A stretch of 55,346 nt of DNA, filler included, from Sphacelaria rigidula (lineage: Eukaryota): NCBI GenBank assembly GCA_964200075.2. It is 6 parts of 6 records of this genome, joined end to end, with 100 filler letters (N's around TTAATTAATTAA, not from the genome) between each part and the next. Parts side by side here need not be neighbours in the genome. Positions count along the whole stretch, not along the records: positions 27,726 to 36,866 come from CAXNAA020009200.1; positions 36,967 to 46,106 come from CAXNAA020009201.1; positions 46,207 to 55,346 come from CAXNAA020009202.1; 3 more parts are not named here. One strand, written 5' to 3'. The notes beneath the pieces were generated by a model that was not told the origin of the DNA, did no database searches, and was given only the letters and a program-made list of their open reading frames with translations. This document shows positions 35,201 through 46,880 of this stretch, in pieces. The translations under genes were made by a program, and so were the position numbers. The stretch's first letter is position 1, and every line of letters starts with the position of its first letter.

Positions 35201-36739
35201 TGGTGATGAAAATCAGCCGGCCCCCGACAACACAACTGACTCTTCAGGTGTTTATTTACCATCGGTGAGTAGTAAGCCGTCCGTAGACGGCGACTTCTCA
35301 GGGATGGAGAGCGACTCGTCTTCATCGGACAAGAGTGTTTTAGTTCCAGCGGCAGCGTGGACTGCGGCGCTGCAACTGGAGTCAAGTCTGATTGGATCTG
35401 GAAGTGGCGAGGAACTTGGACAAACCAGAGCGCAGACGGGAGCGAGCGCAGACGGGAGCGCTCAAATCAAGAAGCATCTGGGCTCGTGATCATGTTAGGG
35501 CCCGATGAAGGGGGCAAACTTATCCATGGCCTGCTGGCGGTACAGGAGGTTACCCATAAGCCGGGCGAGCTCCCTAAATGTATCATCAAGGAAGCGGGGC
35601 CGGAGCCGTTGTCATACCCTGCTGCATCTTCATCACAATACTCGGATGTGTGGATAGAGGCAATGAGGATAGAGTTCGATGGGCTTATGGCTTCCGGAAC
35701 GTTCGCGGGCGTGGCTGACATGCCAGAGGGGTTCAACATTGTAGTCGCGAAGTGGGTGTATAAGTGGAAAAGTGATTCGCATGGAATTGTTGACCGGGCG
35801 AAAGCCCGTATGGTAGACATGGAGTAAAGTCAAGTGAAGGGAGTAGACCACTGCGACACATTTGCCCCTACGGCATCTGCTACGTCACACAGGTTAGTGG
35901 CGACTATGGCATGTAAACTAGACTGGGATTTGAGGCACTTGGATGTAGACCAGGTTTTCATTCAGTCGGAGTTGGACACCGATATCCACTTGTGCCTGCC
36001 CCCTTTTTTTGTGGATCCGTATCTGGTAAGGTAGTCTGTTTTAACAAGGCTTTGTACCGTTCGAAGCAGCGTTGTCGTGCATGGTATCAAATATTGTCGT
36101 CAACCGTGGTGGAGTGTGGTTTTCAACAATGCTTGGTAGATCCTTGTGTGTTCCGGCTGGGGGTTGCTGAAGACGTTGCGGCAATCATCGTCTCTCATGT
36201 GCCCGACATCATGAATACAGCTGCTGAGGAAGTGACTAAGGTAGTAGTCGGTACACTCAATCAGAGATTTCCCACTAAACATCTCGGGGAGGTAGAGTAG
36301 TACATGGGGAGTGAGTACAAAAGGGGCCGGGGGAAAGGTACTTGGTATGTTTTTCAAACCCAACCCATTAAAAGTGTGCTAAATCGTTTTGACGTCTCGA
36401 AGACCAGCCCTTTTCCCGCTACCCCTGCTTTAGACGTCAGGCATGCGAGCGAAGGGGAAACCGTGGCGGATGTGCCTTTTCTTGACATCGTGGGGAGCTT
36501 GATGTGGATAGCGAACCAGACGAGGCCCGATATAGCGAACGCAGTTCGGGCAATCGCTCGGTTCTCTCATAAACCGAAACTGACTCACTACAAGGCGGCA
36601 CAGAAGATACTCGAGTATTCGAATGCTACATCGGACTTGGGTATACTTTTCAAGAAGAGCAGTGACTTGGGATGTATCCAGTCGGAGTTTGATTCGAATA
36701 CATACGGTGACGCAGACCACGCCAATAAGGCAGAAGACC
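32205..36739 (+). mobile_element. Ty1/copia element B, heavily decayed, same clade as A; 5' boundary approximate
   Basis: gag ATG at 32417; knuckle CNRCLEPGHRWFDC; protease *IADSG; FHRVQGHANE..CTGC; integrase DDFTR..RSDDGGQF..ELNGVVER; RT KWVYKWK..AKARMV, DTFAPT; RNase H start YGDADHA, cut at ~36739. Shares the NPGNK(S/T)PH.MW.G..PFL.PG.CR motif with A. Confidence 0.93.
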
Positions 36740-36866
36740 TGTTTGTAGCTTCGTGACCCCGTGAGAGGATGGGGTACAGACTCGACTCAGATAGTCGATC
36801 AATGGACACGACTGCGATAGTCGATCAATGGACACGGCTGACCGCCGATCAAGATGAGGTAGAAAT
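36740..36866. mobile_element. Start of a nested insertion (probable LTR) interrupting the copia B RNase H
   Basis: Coding similarity stops abruptly at TGTTTGTAG. Contains a duplicated gatagtcgatcaatggacacg. Confidence 0.4.
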
Positions 36867-36966
36867 NNNNNNNNNNNNNNNNNNNNNNNNNNNNNNNNNN
36901 NNNNNNNNNNTTAATTAATTAANNNNNNNNNNNNNNNNNNNNNNNNNNNNNNNNNNNNNNNNNNNN
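36867..36966. other. Artificial concatenation linker
   Basis: N44-TTAATTAATTAA-N44. Confidence 0.99.
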
Positions 36967-36969
36967 ATG

Positions 36970-37215
36970 CTTTGCTTTTCGTTCCAAGGTTTTGAGTGAC
37001 CTCGGTTGGTGGTTATCACCGCCCCCTGCAGTCACTCTCCACCTCTACCATCATCAGTTCTCCGTTTTCAGAGGAAACTGCGTCTTCTGTCTTTGTTCGC
37101 CGCAAGCGCCCATTCAAATATCTTTTACACTTTTCTTCTTCTCGGAGTTGAACCTCAATTCGCACAATTTGTCGTTACTTGTTGTCCCGTGCCGCGTGAA
37201 TTGAGCCACAGAAAC
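36970..37215 (-). mobile_element. Probable tRNA-derived SINE
   Basis: The minus strand has an A-box-like GTGGCTCAATT and a B-box-like GGTTCAACTCC about 50 nt apart. Related sequence lies at ~9435-9465. Confidence 0.45.
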
Positions 37216-37869
37216 AGGTATACGCTGAAGGGAAAGAAAAGAGCCCGTCCGTACGAATGGTGTTCGAGCTGTGTGTTCAAATTGTCATCTGTACATGGTG
37301 TTGTACTCGCATCATCTGTAGATTGGTCACATAGGCCATCGAATGATCTGTTATTCGACATCACAGGCCAGTAATCAATGGGCAACCTGTTGAATGAATC
37401 GAAGAATGGTGAAGAAATGTGGAGTGAATGGATGTACAGGAAGGTTGATTGACCGCACAGGCAGTGCACGGATGAGACAATTAGTCAATTACAATTCGGG
37501 ATTAAAAAATGTTGACCAATCAGAAAACTGTGGGCCACTTTCATCTGATCGTGCGTATCATCCATGCAAAAAAAAATCAAGTCAATACGGGTGAAAGGCC
37601 AAACGCACCGACCAACACAAGGAGCCCTCTAGCTGCCATGGTGTGGAATGAAGGCATCGACACGTGGGACCCATACATGATGGTGTCCAGACAAACTCTC
37701 CTACTTGCACCAAGGAGCTCTCTATGAATTGTTCGCGCGTGTCGAGGCGGGCTATCACCGTACACATTTCAAATCGTGTAACGACGAAAGCTGACGTGCA
37801 CCAGGACGATTATGGCATCCAGTCTGGGGACGCCACCAGGTCAAGTCGTCCTGATATAAAGCACTCCGT

Positions 37870-38066
37870 ATGAGGCTAAACAGGTGTGCTACTTGCACAG
37901 AATGCCACCAGGGGCACTCGAAACGAGTTACAACGGGCGTCGGGAGGGTATTTACTGTCGGAATTGAATCCCCATCGTGTTTTTTTGCTCGCGAACACTG
38001 CCAGTCTCGAACCCCGCCCGCATCGTTGTACGTCGCGCGCGGAACACCACGTGGTCAAAAAAGCTC
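37870..38066 (-). mobile_element. Probable tRNA-derived SINE (second family)
   Basis: The minus strand has an A-box-like TGACCACGTGG and a B-box-like GGTTCGAGACT at tRNA-like spacing, without a complete cloverleaf. Confidence 0.45.
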
Positions 38067-40213
38067 GGCATTCCAAGCAACACGTTCACAGGTGCTAACG
38101 GAACATGATCCTCGCGGTACTGGGACTGCTTCTTGCAGTAGTCGCACAACAACGATATTTACAGTGGGGGGGGGTTGCACTTTGGCAAGACTGTTGCTAA
38201 CAAACTTCGGACAAGGAATCTGACCTCACATTAAAATACCGTATGTTACCGTCGGCAAATCCTTAGCGTCAGCATACGGGCCTCAATCCTCGGACTACCC
38301 AGCATTGTCACAACAGTCAAATCGACATGATCCTTACTTTTAAAATAGTAACGTGTTCATCTGAGGGTGCTCGAATCAAGGAGGGCCGACGTCTCCCTCT
38401 AAAACCTCATCGCTAGCAAAATGATTACTCAGACGGCAGTTTTGCGCGGGAGGGGGGAAGGGGAAGGAGGGGGGCAGGGGGCAGGGGAGGGGGGTATCGG
38501 TAAATTAGAAGCGACAGGGGCAAATTATGCATTTGATTAACCCGTAACAACACAAACAAGAGTGTATAATAGTATGCATCCGATCCGAAAGGCGGAGCGC
38601 GCACTGATGAACACTTCTACAAAGGAAACAAATGTACGAGCAATCAAGAGTAAACAAAATCACCTCACTCGTTCAATGAAAATAATTCAAATGTAGACTA
38701 GCCTTCAATCATACAGTACACACAAAATTCACGACAACGCTGCATTCAACTCCAAGAAAACGCATCGCGCATCGCATATCACGGTGGAACGAAACACAAC
38801 AGCAGCACCAAGAGAAGCAAAGCAATGAATTCGGCAGACGAGAACATACATGACATCTACAACCGGGTATCTGCCAGATGAACAGAACACGCTCCTAGGA
38901 AGGCATGAAATGAGCCTAACCAAGTTTCAACACGAAAAAGTAGGCGTGGAGCCCCGTAGGAACACACCTACGAATTACGCGCACCGTAACGAGACCACCA
39001 CAATACGGGTGCAAATCATGACCAGCACCTGGAAATGAAGCGCGCGCAAGCAACGATTACCTAAGCGCAGCATAAGCACTGGGCGTGGGTAATTGCGCTA
39101 CTACACCGAACACAAGTGAAGTTGAAACGCCCAAATAGCTAGATATACCCTCGGCCCGACAAGGAACGAGTCAAAACCTTCATACACCGAACCATCAAGT
39201 TGGCCAAAAGAAGCAAAAACTGTATCAAGGAAGGAATGAGCTCATAAAAAACATTTCTCTCAAGAGTGACCGAAACTGGCGCACCCCCGGGAAGGTACAA
39301 ATCAAACAGCACCAGCACACAGGCGGCTACATATGTAACTCTCAGGGCCGGTATTTGTCACCATGTCCACCTTCACAAAAGCTGCCGGCACAGTCGTCGA
39401 AAGAGTCACCTTCAAGGCCCACACCACCTGCTACGCAACGATCGAATCCCCGTCATCAGAACCCCGGCTCCAGGGGGCTATAAAATTATCTTCAAAATAC
39501 AAACGACTCTGTCTTGCGCCACGACCCCAGCCATCCACCACACCCCCTCCGAGAATCGACAATGCTACTGGATCGCCCGACCGAGTACCCTACATCAAAA
39601 AAAGAAATACATGTCTGCGGGTATGACCGGTGATCGCATATTTCTCTCGTGCGAATGGACAATGAACCCAACGGGAGAACCGCGCGAATTTACGAGAAGG
39701 GTTAAAAACCATTCCACGGGAAGATAGGGGTGTGGTCCATCCCTTATGGGAACCAATCTTAATTCCCGAACAAAGCACCATCACATCACGCCGAATTGAC
39801 CCGGTAAAACACGATTATGGAAGAGGTGAAACCACGTTAAACACATCTCCCAACGGGCGAGAGCTGTACGTATACCCGACTCGAACACAACACGCCCACT
39901 ACCCACCGCGGAATGAAATTAATAGGAAACGAACAAGAGCCCTCGCTATACGAGAGGTGCAACAGTGTGTATATATAATATATACGTGAACCCGTGCGCG
40001 AGAGACAGCGCCCAACTCTTTCGGTAGAATTTTCGGGAACGACTTCCTTCCAATTCCTGCCGAGACAAGAAAAAACACCCGCCCATGGCGTGTAGATCAA
40101 AAGCGAGACAATCTATTTGCAGACGCCTTCCGACTACAGTCAAGAAACTCCTCCACGCCCTCGGACTCTACTCTTGACACTGTCGCATGTACCAGGTCCG
40201 ATCATCGAATGGA

Positions 40214-40579
40214 TCATGTCTCCTTCGGCGGGCGACAGCAACACAAGAACGCCCCGATGGTAACTACCCACATGATCCCGCCGTACATGCCCCCATCCTG
40301 TCCTCCGTACAGGGCGACGCCGGCCCCGGCGCCGAGGATCCAAATGATGCTGAAGAAGACGCAAGGAGAGAGGAAGTCCTTGTTGAAGCAGCGGTGCATC
40401 ATCATGACGATGCCGAGCATTCCCAGGACAGCCCACAGTCCAATAGACAGACCCAGGTTACAAACACGGCAATTGGGTGAGGACCTCTCGACGCACTCGG
40501 CGATGTTGCAGATTCCGTTGTCACCGGCGGTTGTAGTCACGCACTCGCAGGCTTCCACGGCTGAACCCCCATCCGCTTT
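40214..40579 (-). CDS. Cys-repeat membrane protein, exon 3 (last Cys module, 3 TM helices, CCC tail)
   Basis: Phase-0 acceptor (..ttcgagaag|AAA; +/-3 nt uncertain). KADGGSAVEACECV...LGLSIGLWAVLGMLGIVMMM...FLSPCVFFSIIWILGAGAGVALY...GMYGGIMWVVTIGAFLCCCRPPKET*. Confidence 0.75.
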   Translation of the reverse strand, partial: KADGGSAVEACECVTTTAGDNGICNIAECVERSSPNCRVCNLGLSIGLWAVLGMLGIVMMMHRCFNKDFLSPCVFFSIIWILGAGAGVALYGGQDGGMYGGIMWVVTIGAFLCCCRPPKET

Positions 40580-41558
40580 CTTCTCGAAATAGGACAAGTG
40601 GTTCCCAGCGATGCAGGGCACACAGGCGGGGATGACGTTAGCTTTGGGAATGGAGAGCACGAGAGATCCCGTTCAAGAGGTATTCCACGTGTAGCTATTC
40701 GCTTGGACGGCACGAGAAGAGGAATCGATCCCTCACTAAAAATCGTACGTGGACAGACGCTAGCCATGCTGTGTGGAATTGTGGAGAACGTTGACCAACG
40801 ACAGCTGAACATTGTGACTCAGGGGTCTCCCTAACATGTTCGTTTCTTCCCGGAATGTACGAATTTATCAGGAACGAAAAAAAATGTCATTCAAGTGTGA
40901 GGGCAGATTTCGTACCCAGGTCCGGCAACATTATCATTCCAAAGCGACTACAGATTCCTTCATATCTGTGGCATCTGATATTTTTACAACAAAATGTTTC
41001 GAGAAGAGATCGGAAAACAATTTCATTTTTCGGCAAAAGTCCAACGAAACTGGGGAAAACGTTTGGTTGAACGGCCTCTCGGCAGTTACGATGCGAAGAA
41101 TTCGGATTGTTCGTCGCGTACGTTTAGAAACCCAAGACATCGACGGCCGTCACGATCTTGCAGTTCAGGAAAACGAGCGAACTAAAAGCTAACAAAACAA
41201 GAACCGCGGAAGGCGTAGTCGCGTGTAAGGCCGCACAGTACACACTGCGTAAAATATGAAGACCCAACCCTCTTCGCAGCGTCTTTGCATCGCTGCCGTA
41301 CCGACCTTGAAACTCTTGCTGCTCGCGCATACCATTCATATCATCGAAGTCTGTGCCGCGATATTTGCACGGAACAGGTACAGTAACTCTTTTCGCCTTA
41401 TTTGAACGACCAGCACAGGCAATTTTGTTGCCATAGCGAGCCAACGAGCATGAACATCAGTGACAAAAGTCAAGCTGCCCTTCGCAAACTATCAACGTCC
41501 ATCAGCGGTGGCAGTGTTGAAGGATGACGAAATTACGTTACGGTATTGCATATCTCAC

Positions 41559-42098
41559 CGCGGTCTCAATTGTCCAAGCCTCGCAGTACAGGCCGTTCTT
41601 CGCAGGCCGCTCGCACTCGAACTGCTCGGAAGTTTTACCATTCAAGTATGTGTCGCACCCCCAGGTGAGGCAATAGTTCAAATCGACATCGTCCAAGAGA
41701 CACTGGCATTTCGTCACGTCACTAGCTATCTCCGTGGAGCAGCCTTGCAGCCGCCTCGCGCGATGCTCGAAATCACCGGGCTCTGCTTCGTCAAAGTCCA
41801 GTGGGGCAACAGCTGCTTCTGTGTCCAAGTCGCAGAACTTCACATTCGCGATCTGCACGCGGGTGCACAACCACTCGTCGCAGTATCGGTTGTCCGAGGC
41901 GGTCGAACCGCAGTAGCAATTGTCAAGGATGTCGCCGTCCTCCAATTCCTCCTTCTGGTTCGTATTCCAATACCAGCAGAGTAGCTTGTCAGCATCTTTG
42001 TCGATGGCGCTTGTCGCTGTGCTGCTTTCGCTTTCTGATACTTCCCCGCGCGTCTTGAAGAGGGTACACTTGTCGTATGTTGGGCTCCCGACCTGAAC
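41559..42098 (-). CDS. Cys-repeat membrane protein, exon 2 (Cys/Trp-rich ectodomain)
   Basis: ccacag|GTT...GCG|gtgaga: 540 nt open, phase 0/0, with repeated CxC-x7-8-xYC-x2-WxC modules. Confidence 0.8.
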
Positions 42099-42624
42099 CT
42101 GTGGTGTTTCACGAACATGAAGACATTGAAATCAAAACATAGCGATGGAAAAAACCACGACACACGATACACGATGCACAATTACAGTACGAGGACACAA
42201 GGAAATGATCATGACGCTCACACTACGTGTGGCCAGTTGTTATTTTCAAGAGTCACTACGAAGGCGGGAAGCACGTTCTTGTTGAGCTTGCATGCGAGAC
42301 ACCGCGACATTACTTGACCTCTTCATGGTGCACCCGGGTCACGTGCTTGCCTTTTGAACATGCACGCGTCCGATGACAGGATGAAAAGACACGAAAACGA
42401 AGTCTCCGTTGTGGCGCACTAGCGCTGCGCCAGTCGCCGGTCACTCATGGAACGCGCGAGGATGTCGCCGGCAGGACGGTCCGACAAATACTCGCTAAGC
42501 TGCTTCTGGAGCCTAATAGCCGACTCGTTACATGGAATGATCGGCAACCGCCAACTCAAATATAACACCCACTCATGTGTGCAATCACACACGAGCGCAA
42601 CAACGTTTTCTATCTTGTCTTCAC

Positions 42625-42792
42625 CTTGGGAATCCCGCCGAGGTATTTCCCCTCAGGGGAGTAGTAGCCAGCGTTCACTTTGAGTTCCTGGTCGCTAAGG
42701 GGATAGTCTGGCAGCTGTCCCTCTACGCGAAGCAGCACTGCTGCGAGAACCAACGACAACGCCCCCACGGCTAGCTTGCCCCGCATCGCCAT
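42625..42792 (-). CDS. Cys-repeat membrane protein, exon 1 (signal peptide)
   Basis: ATG at 42792 gives MAMRGKLAVGALSLVLAAVLLRVEG|QLPDYPL...GGIPK, then donor AAG|gtgaag; 168 nt, phase 0. Confidence 0.75.
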
Positions 42793-42963
42793 GGCCAAAA
42801 AAAATTTCAACTTAATCTACACGACAGCTGGCGGAAAGTGGTATAATCATCGCAGACCGAGACGAGGGCGGCGGGACGGGGGGACGCACGACGCAAAGGG
42901 TAAGTTGTATGCATCAAACGAGATATGTACGCACTGGTGTGATCCTGTCGAGAACATGCAGAC

Positions 42964-43200
42964 GACATACTTCATACAAGAGCCCTCCCTCCAAAACCAC
43001 CTCAAACCGTCGCAAATGAACGGTCATACAGCGCATACAGCGTCTCATGTGGCGATTTTGGCGAAAACGAGCCAGAGCGTGGGAATTCCCAGCTGCTCGT
43101 TGTGCTCACCGTTCCTCATTTCGATCAACCTGGACATTTTGCCTCTTCAAACGAGAAATTTTTCTGTGTGTGGGGGGGGGAAGCTATCTTAGACACTGTC
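42964..43200. mobile_element. Diverged copy of the 4303-4552 MITE (inverted), just upstream of the membrane-protein gene
   Basis: gcgtgggaattcccagctgctcgttgtgctc is the reverse complement of 4385-4415. Ends gacatacttc..agccc / ggggaagctatcttagacactgtc. Confidence 0.75.
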
Positions 43201-45107
43201 ACGACAGGTATCGGGGATGTGCTGTTTATTTGCAGGAATTAGTCGGAGACACTCGAGTGAACGCGGATGACCACTAGATGAAATCAGAGCTGCGTTAGGC
43301 CGACGAGAGGGAGGGGTGAGCTCAGGAAAGTGTCGGGTCGGGAGCATATTTTCCAAGACAATACCTGCAGCACACCACGAGCATGGTACGGGGGATGAGG
43401 TCCGGTCTCATCTAGACAAGAAAATGATAATGTCATTGTGAAAATAAAAGTGATAGGCATGATCACCCCACATGTGGACGCCGTTTCACGTTCCTTCGTG
43501 TTCATACCTTCATTGTTCCTCCGTCACCAAAAAAATATTTCAAGTGATACTGTCAGGCACCAAGTGTACCCGCGGTGAATTCTGGCCGGTTTCTCGACGA
43601 GATTTGCAGCTGTCTGTATACAAATATCGGGGTGAAGATGTGTGGGACTAGCTGGATGTTGACCTTGACAGTGTGAGAAATGATAACACAACTTATCGTC
43701 CGTGACAACCACCACCGGGTGAAAATGTAAAGCAACTAGCATCATCTGTGGCAACTTCTAGAAGGAAATGTGTCACAACTAATTGCCTGCAGACAAATAC
43801 AAGAATATAAGCCTGCGCTACTGATTGCTCGTTGTCAATATTTTCATCCAGAACTTGACGCGTATGGTTACTCGAATGTAGACGACCGAAATCATCACGC
43901 CAGTGTGGCAGCAACTACCGCTAACTGCTGGATAAACAGTTGTTCGCTGTCCATATCGTCCTGGATTTCACGTAAACGAACCGCACCGTAGTCGACCGAT
44001 CGGAGAGCCACCACTCGAGAGCAGTCGCCAAAAGCCGTGATACCGACGGTACTGTCGCCAATATCCGGTATAGTTCATACCCCCCTTCAGAAAAGCTACT
44101 AATGCAGCCGCATGATTAGCCACATCCCGCCGCGTGCGACTTCTAGCGAAAACACACACACGATGTGCCTTTTCTTGTAAACTCAATTTGGCTTCCACCG
44201 GTTTTCGACGATCGAGGCAGTTATGCTCAAGTTCCCGGCCAGCCCCAAAACACGCACACGTCACCATCCTTTACGTCACGTTTCGACGGCTGGCCGTTGG
44301 AAATCATGGTATCCGGATTTTCGTTTCGGCTATCGGAACACCGCCGTCCCGGAGCTCTTCCCGTTAATCCGACAACAGGCACGCCTTGTCAGTCCGTGAA
44401 AGAGCACGCCTTGCCAATCCGACAAGGCACGTGGTGGTTTCACGGGTTCATGAGAACTTTCAGTTCAAAACTCACGGCGCCCTGACCCTCGTGGCGATGG
44501 ATATCGCACTTGTTTAGCCATCGTCGGCGTTCATGGAGCGAGTGTTTCCCACTTTGAGGGGGTGTTCGAACTTCCTCCAGGAGGGGGCGTTAGGTGACCG
44601 GATCGAAGCCGCGGTCAAGCTCAACAACAATCGGAGCCGGGAGTTTGACATGATTTCGAATGTCGACTGATGGTAGATGATGCGGGGCGGGGCGGGGGCG
44701 ATAGCTCTTAGATTGAAGCTTGCCGGGCGAGAGGCCAAAGGCTGCACCACCCTGTGTCCAGAGGCTGAAATGACCCACTGCTGCACTATGTGTCATGAGT
44801 GTACGCAGTGCGGACACGTCATTCCGATAGGTGGTTTGGGGTGGCGTTTAGACTCAGTCATAGGAGAAAAGTCATATTTTTCAAAATATTAACAATTGTC
44901 GAAACTTCTAAAACACACATTGTCGTCTTCTCCTCATGCTAGAAGGCGCGCCTCGTGAGGGGATACTGCCACAACCCAACAACTAGGACGCGAAATGGGC
45001 GCATAAAGTATGCGTATTTTCACTGAAAAGGCTTCAAATGGGGCATAAAACAGGGGGGGGGAACCTAAAAAAGAGGGAGCATAAATATTTTTTCAAAACG
45101 AAGCTAA

Positions 45108-45914
45108 GGCCGGATGTTATGGCAACAGATCTTCGGCCCACAGATTTTGGAATCCTGGTGAAACAAATCCGCGGCAAATCTGGTTTCGGGAACGATATTA
45201 TGGCAGCACACAGATTTTCATACCATACTGTTCTGATTTGTATACCTCCACCAGGGTTTCGAGTTTCATGATTAGCGTGTTTGAACAGCTCACAGTCCCG
45301 TATATGTCTCGTGGGCTATGGCGTGCTGTAGTAATGTAGCGTCACTGCCGCAGAGACGTTATCACCACCCCACCAACACCAGTGCCGGTTCTTTCGAGCA
45401 CATAAGTAAGCGACCATGCCCCCCTCGTTCTTGCCAAAGTTGAATCCTTCATCGAAGGATCGCAGAATTACCCGCCAGACAGCGACAGTGCCCATCACAT
45501 GTCTACTCTCCTAACGTCTCTGCAATGGTTTTGCCAGGAGACCAACGAGCAAGGCGTGTCGTGTTTCGCCTCGTACGCGCGAAGCGGGCTTCATAGCGTA
45601 TCGGCTGTGGTGTGTGGTTTACTTCGTGTGTTGTTGTTTGCTGTCGACAAGATCACCCACAAAGACGCAGCCAGCACGCCGGCACATCCAAGAAAAACGC
45701 GGCGTGACCCCATTATGACGGTATGCCGGCCAAAACGCAAAAATCCATGCTTGCCGACCCCCGCCAGTTTGCCCAAAATCCTGTGGGACTCGGGCCCCGA
45801 ATCTTGGCCACGGATTTCCTCACCCAGAATTTCGATAAATCTGCACCCATAACGTGGGTATCAGACGAATTTTGAAGATCCGGGGCCGAAGATCTGTTGC
45901 CATGACGTCCGGCC
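45108..45914. mobile_element. PIF/Harbinger-like non-autonomous element (~807 bp)
   Basis: 32-bp TIRs ggccggatgttatggcaacagatcttcggccc / gggccgaagatctgttgccatgacgtccggcc. Flanks TAA / CAA. Confidence 0.75.
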
Positions 45915-46106
45915 CAAGACCCAATTTTATGGCAAACGAATCCCAGTTTTTTTGGAGCCCGATTTTGAAAAATCGGGGTGACCATTCTGTGGCACAGACG
46001 ATACAGCATCACAGATTTGTGAAACGGTTCTGTACACAGAGGGTCATTTTTTGAATGAGTGTGGTACTGCGTTCTCCTGCATGAAGCCGAAGAGCAGGCA
46101 GGCGGT

Positions 46107-46206
46107 NNNNNNNNNNNNNNNNNNNNNNNNNNNNNNNNNNNNNNNNNNNNTTAATTAATTAANNNNNNNNNNNNNNNNNNNNNNNNNNNNNNNNNNNNNN
46201 NNNNNN
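46107..46206. other. Artificial concatenation linker
   Basis: N44-TTAATTAATTAA-N44. Confidence 0.99.
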
Positions 46207-46391
46207 TGGCCATTTTTCGTACCTTTCTTAGGCAAAAACCGAGAAGGTATACCTTTTCTAGGCCATTGCCCATATTTAATAGCGGTTGCGGAAAAGTGAG
46301 TACAGACACCTCTACTTTAAGCCCTATCAAAAGTGATCCTTTACGGAACAATTTTTGTACTTCAAGCCCTATCAAAAAAAATTTACCCCTG
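46207..46391. mobile_element. Probable right end of a hAT-like element
   Basis: Ends in ACCCCTG, the same terminus as at 23577, with duplicated subterminal aagccctatcaaaa. Confidence 0.35.
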
Positions 46392-46405
46392 TGGTCAGGT
46401 TGTAA

Positions 46406-46880
46406 GGCCGGATGTTACGGCAAATAGATTTTTAGCTCATGGATTGGTCACTTTTGGGACGTTTGAACCACTTTTCGACCCCCAAACAGGGAAATCGCCA
46501 ACACACGTCTCGGACACTTTGCATCACCCCACAGAGAGGAGCCGAGCCTACTTTTCAGATTCGGTTGGCTCCGAGGTTTCGAGATTGGCCGCTGAACAAT
46601 GATTCGTGTGCGGTAATCTGTGCTTGCCAACATAAGGCAGTGTGCCCAATCATCTATGGAGATCACCGCAGATTTTATTGCACACGGATTATTGTTCAGC
46701 GGCCAATCTAGAAACCTTGGAGCCAAGCGAATCTGAAAAGTAGGCTCCTCTCTGTGGGGTAATGTAAAGTGTCCGAGACGTGTGTTGGCGCGTTTCCCTG
46801 TTTGGGGGTCAAAAGTGGGTCAAATGTCCCAAAAGCGAACAATCTGTGGGTCAAAAATCTGTGTGCCATAATATCCGCCC
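46406..46880. mobile_element. 475-bp fully palindromic PIF/Harbinger-like MITE
   Basis: Arms of ~210 bp pair almost end to end (e.g. gcctacttttcagattc / gaatctgaaaagtaggc). Termini GGCCGGATG..ATATCCGCCC; flanks TAA / TAT. Confidence 0.85.

Noticed and set aside
37995..38066. tRNA gene
   Set aside because: It has A/B-box-like motifs but no complete acceptor stem or cloverleaf; treated as a SINE head.
38448..38494. G-quadruplex-forming tract (also 1-30 and ~50870)
   Set aside because: G/C runs are common in this type of genome, and nothing ties these to a function.
43200..44900. Possible decayed gene
   Set aside because: Only short protein-like stretches, with no consistent frame or motif.
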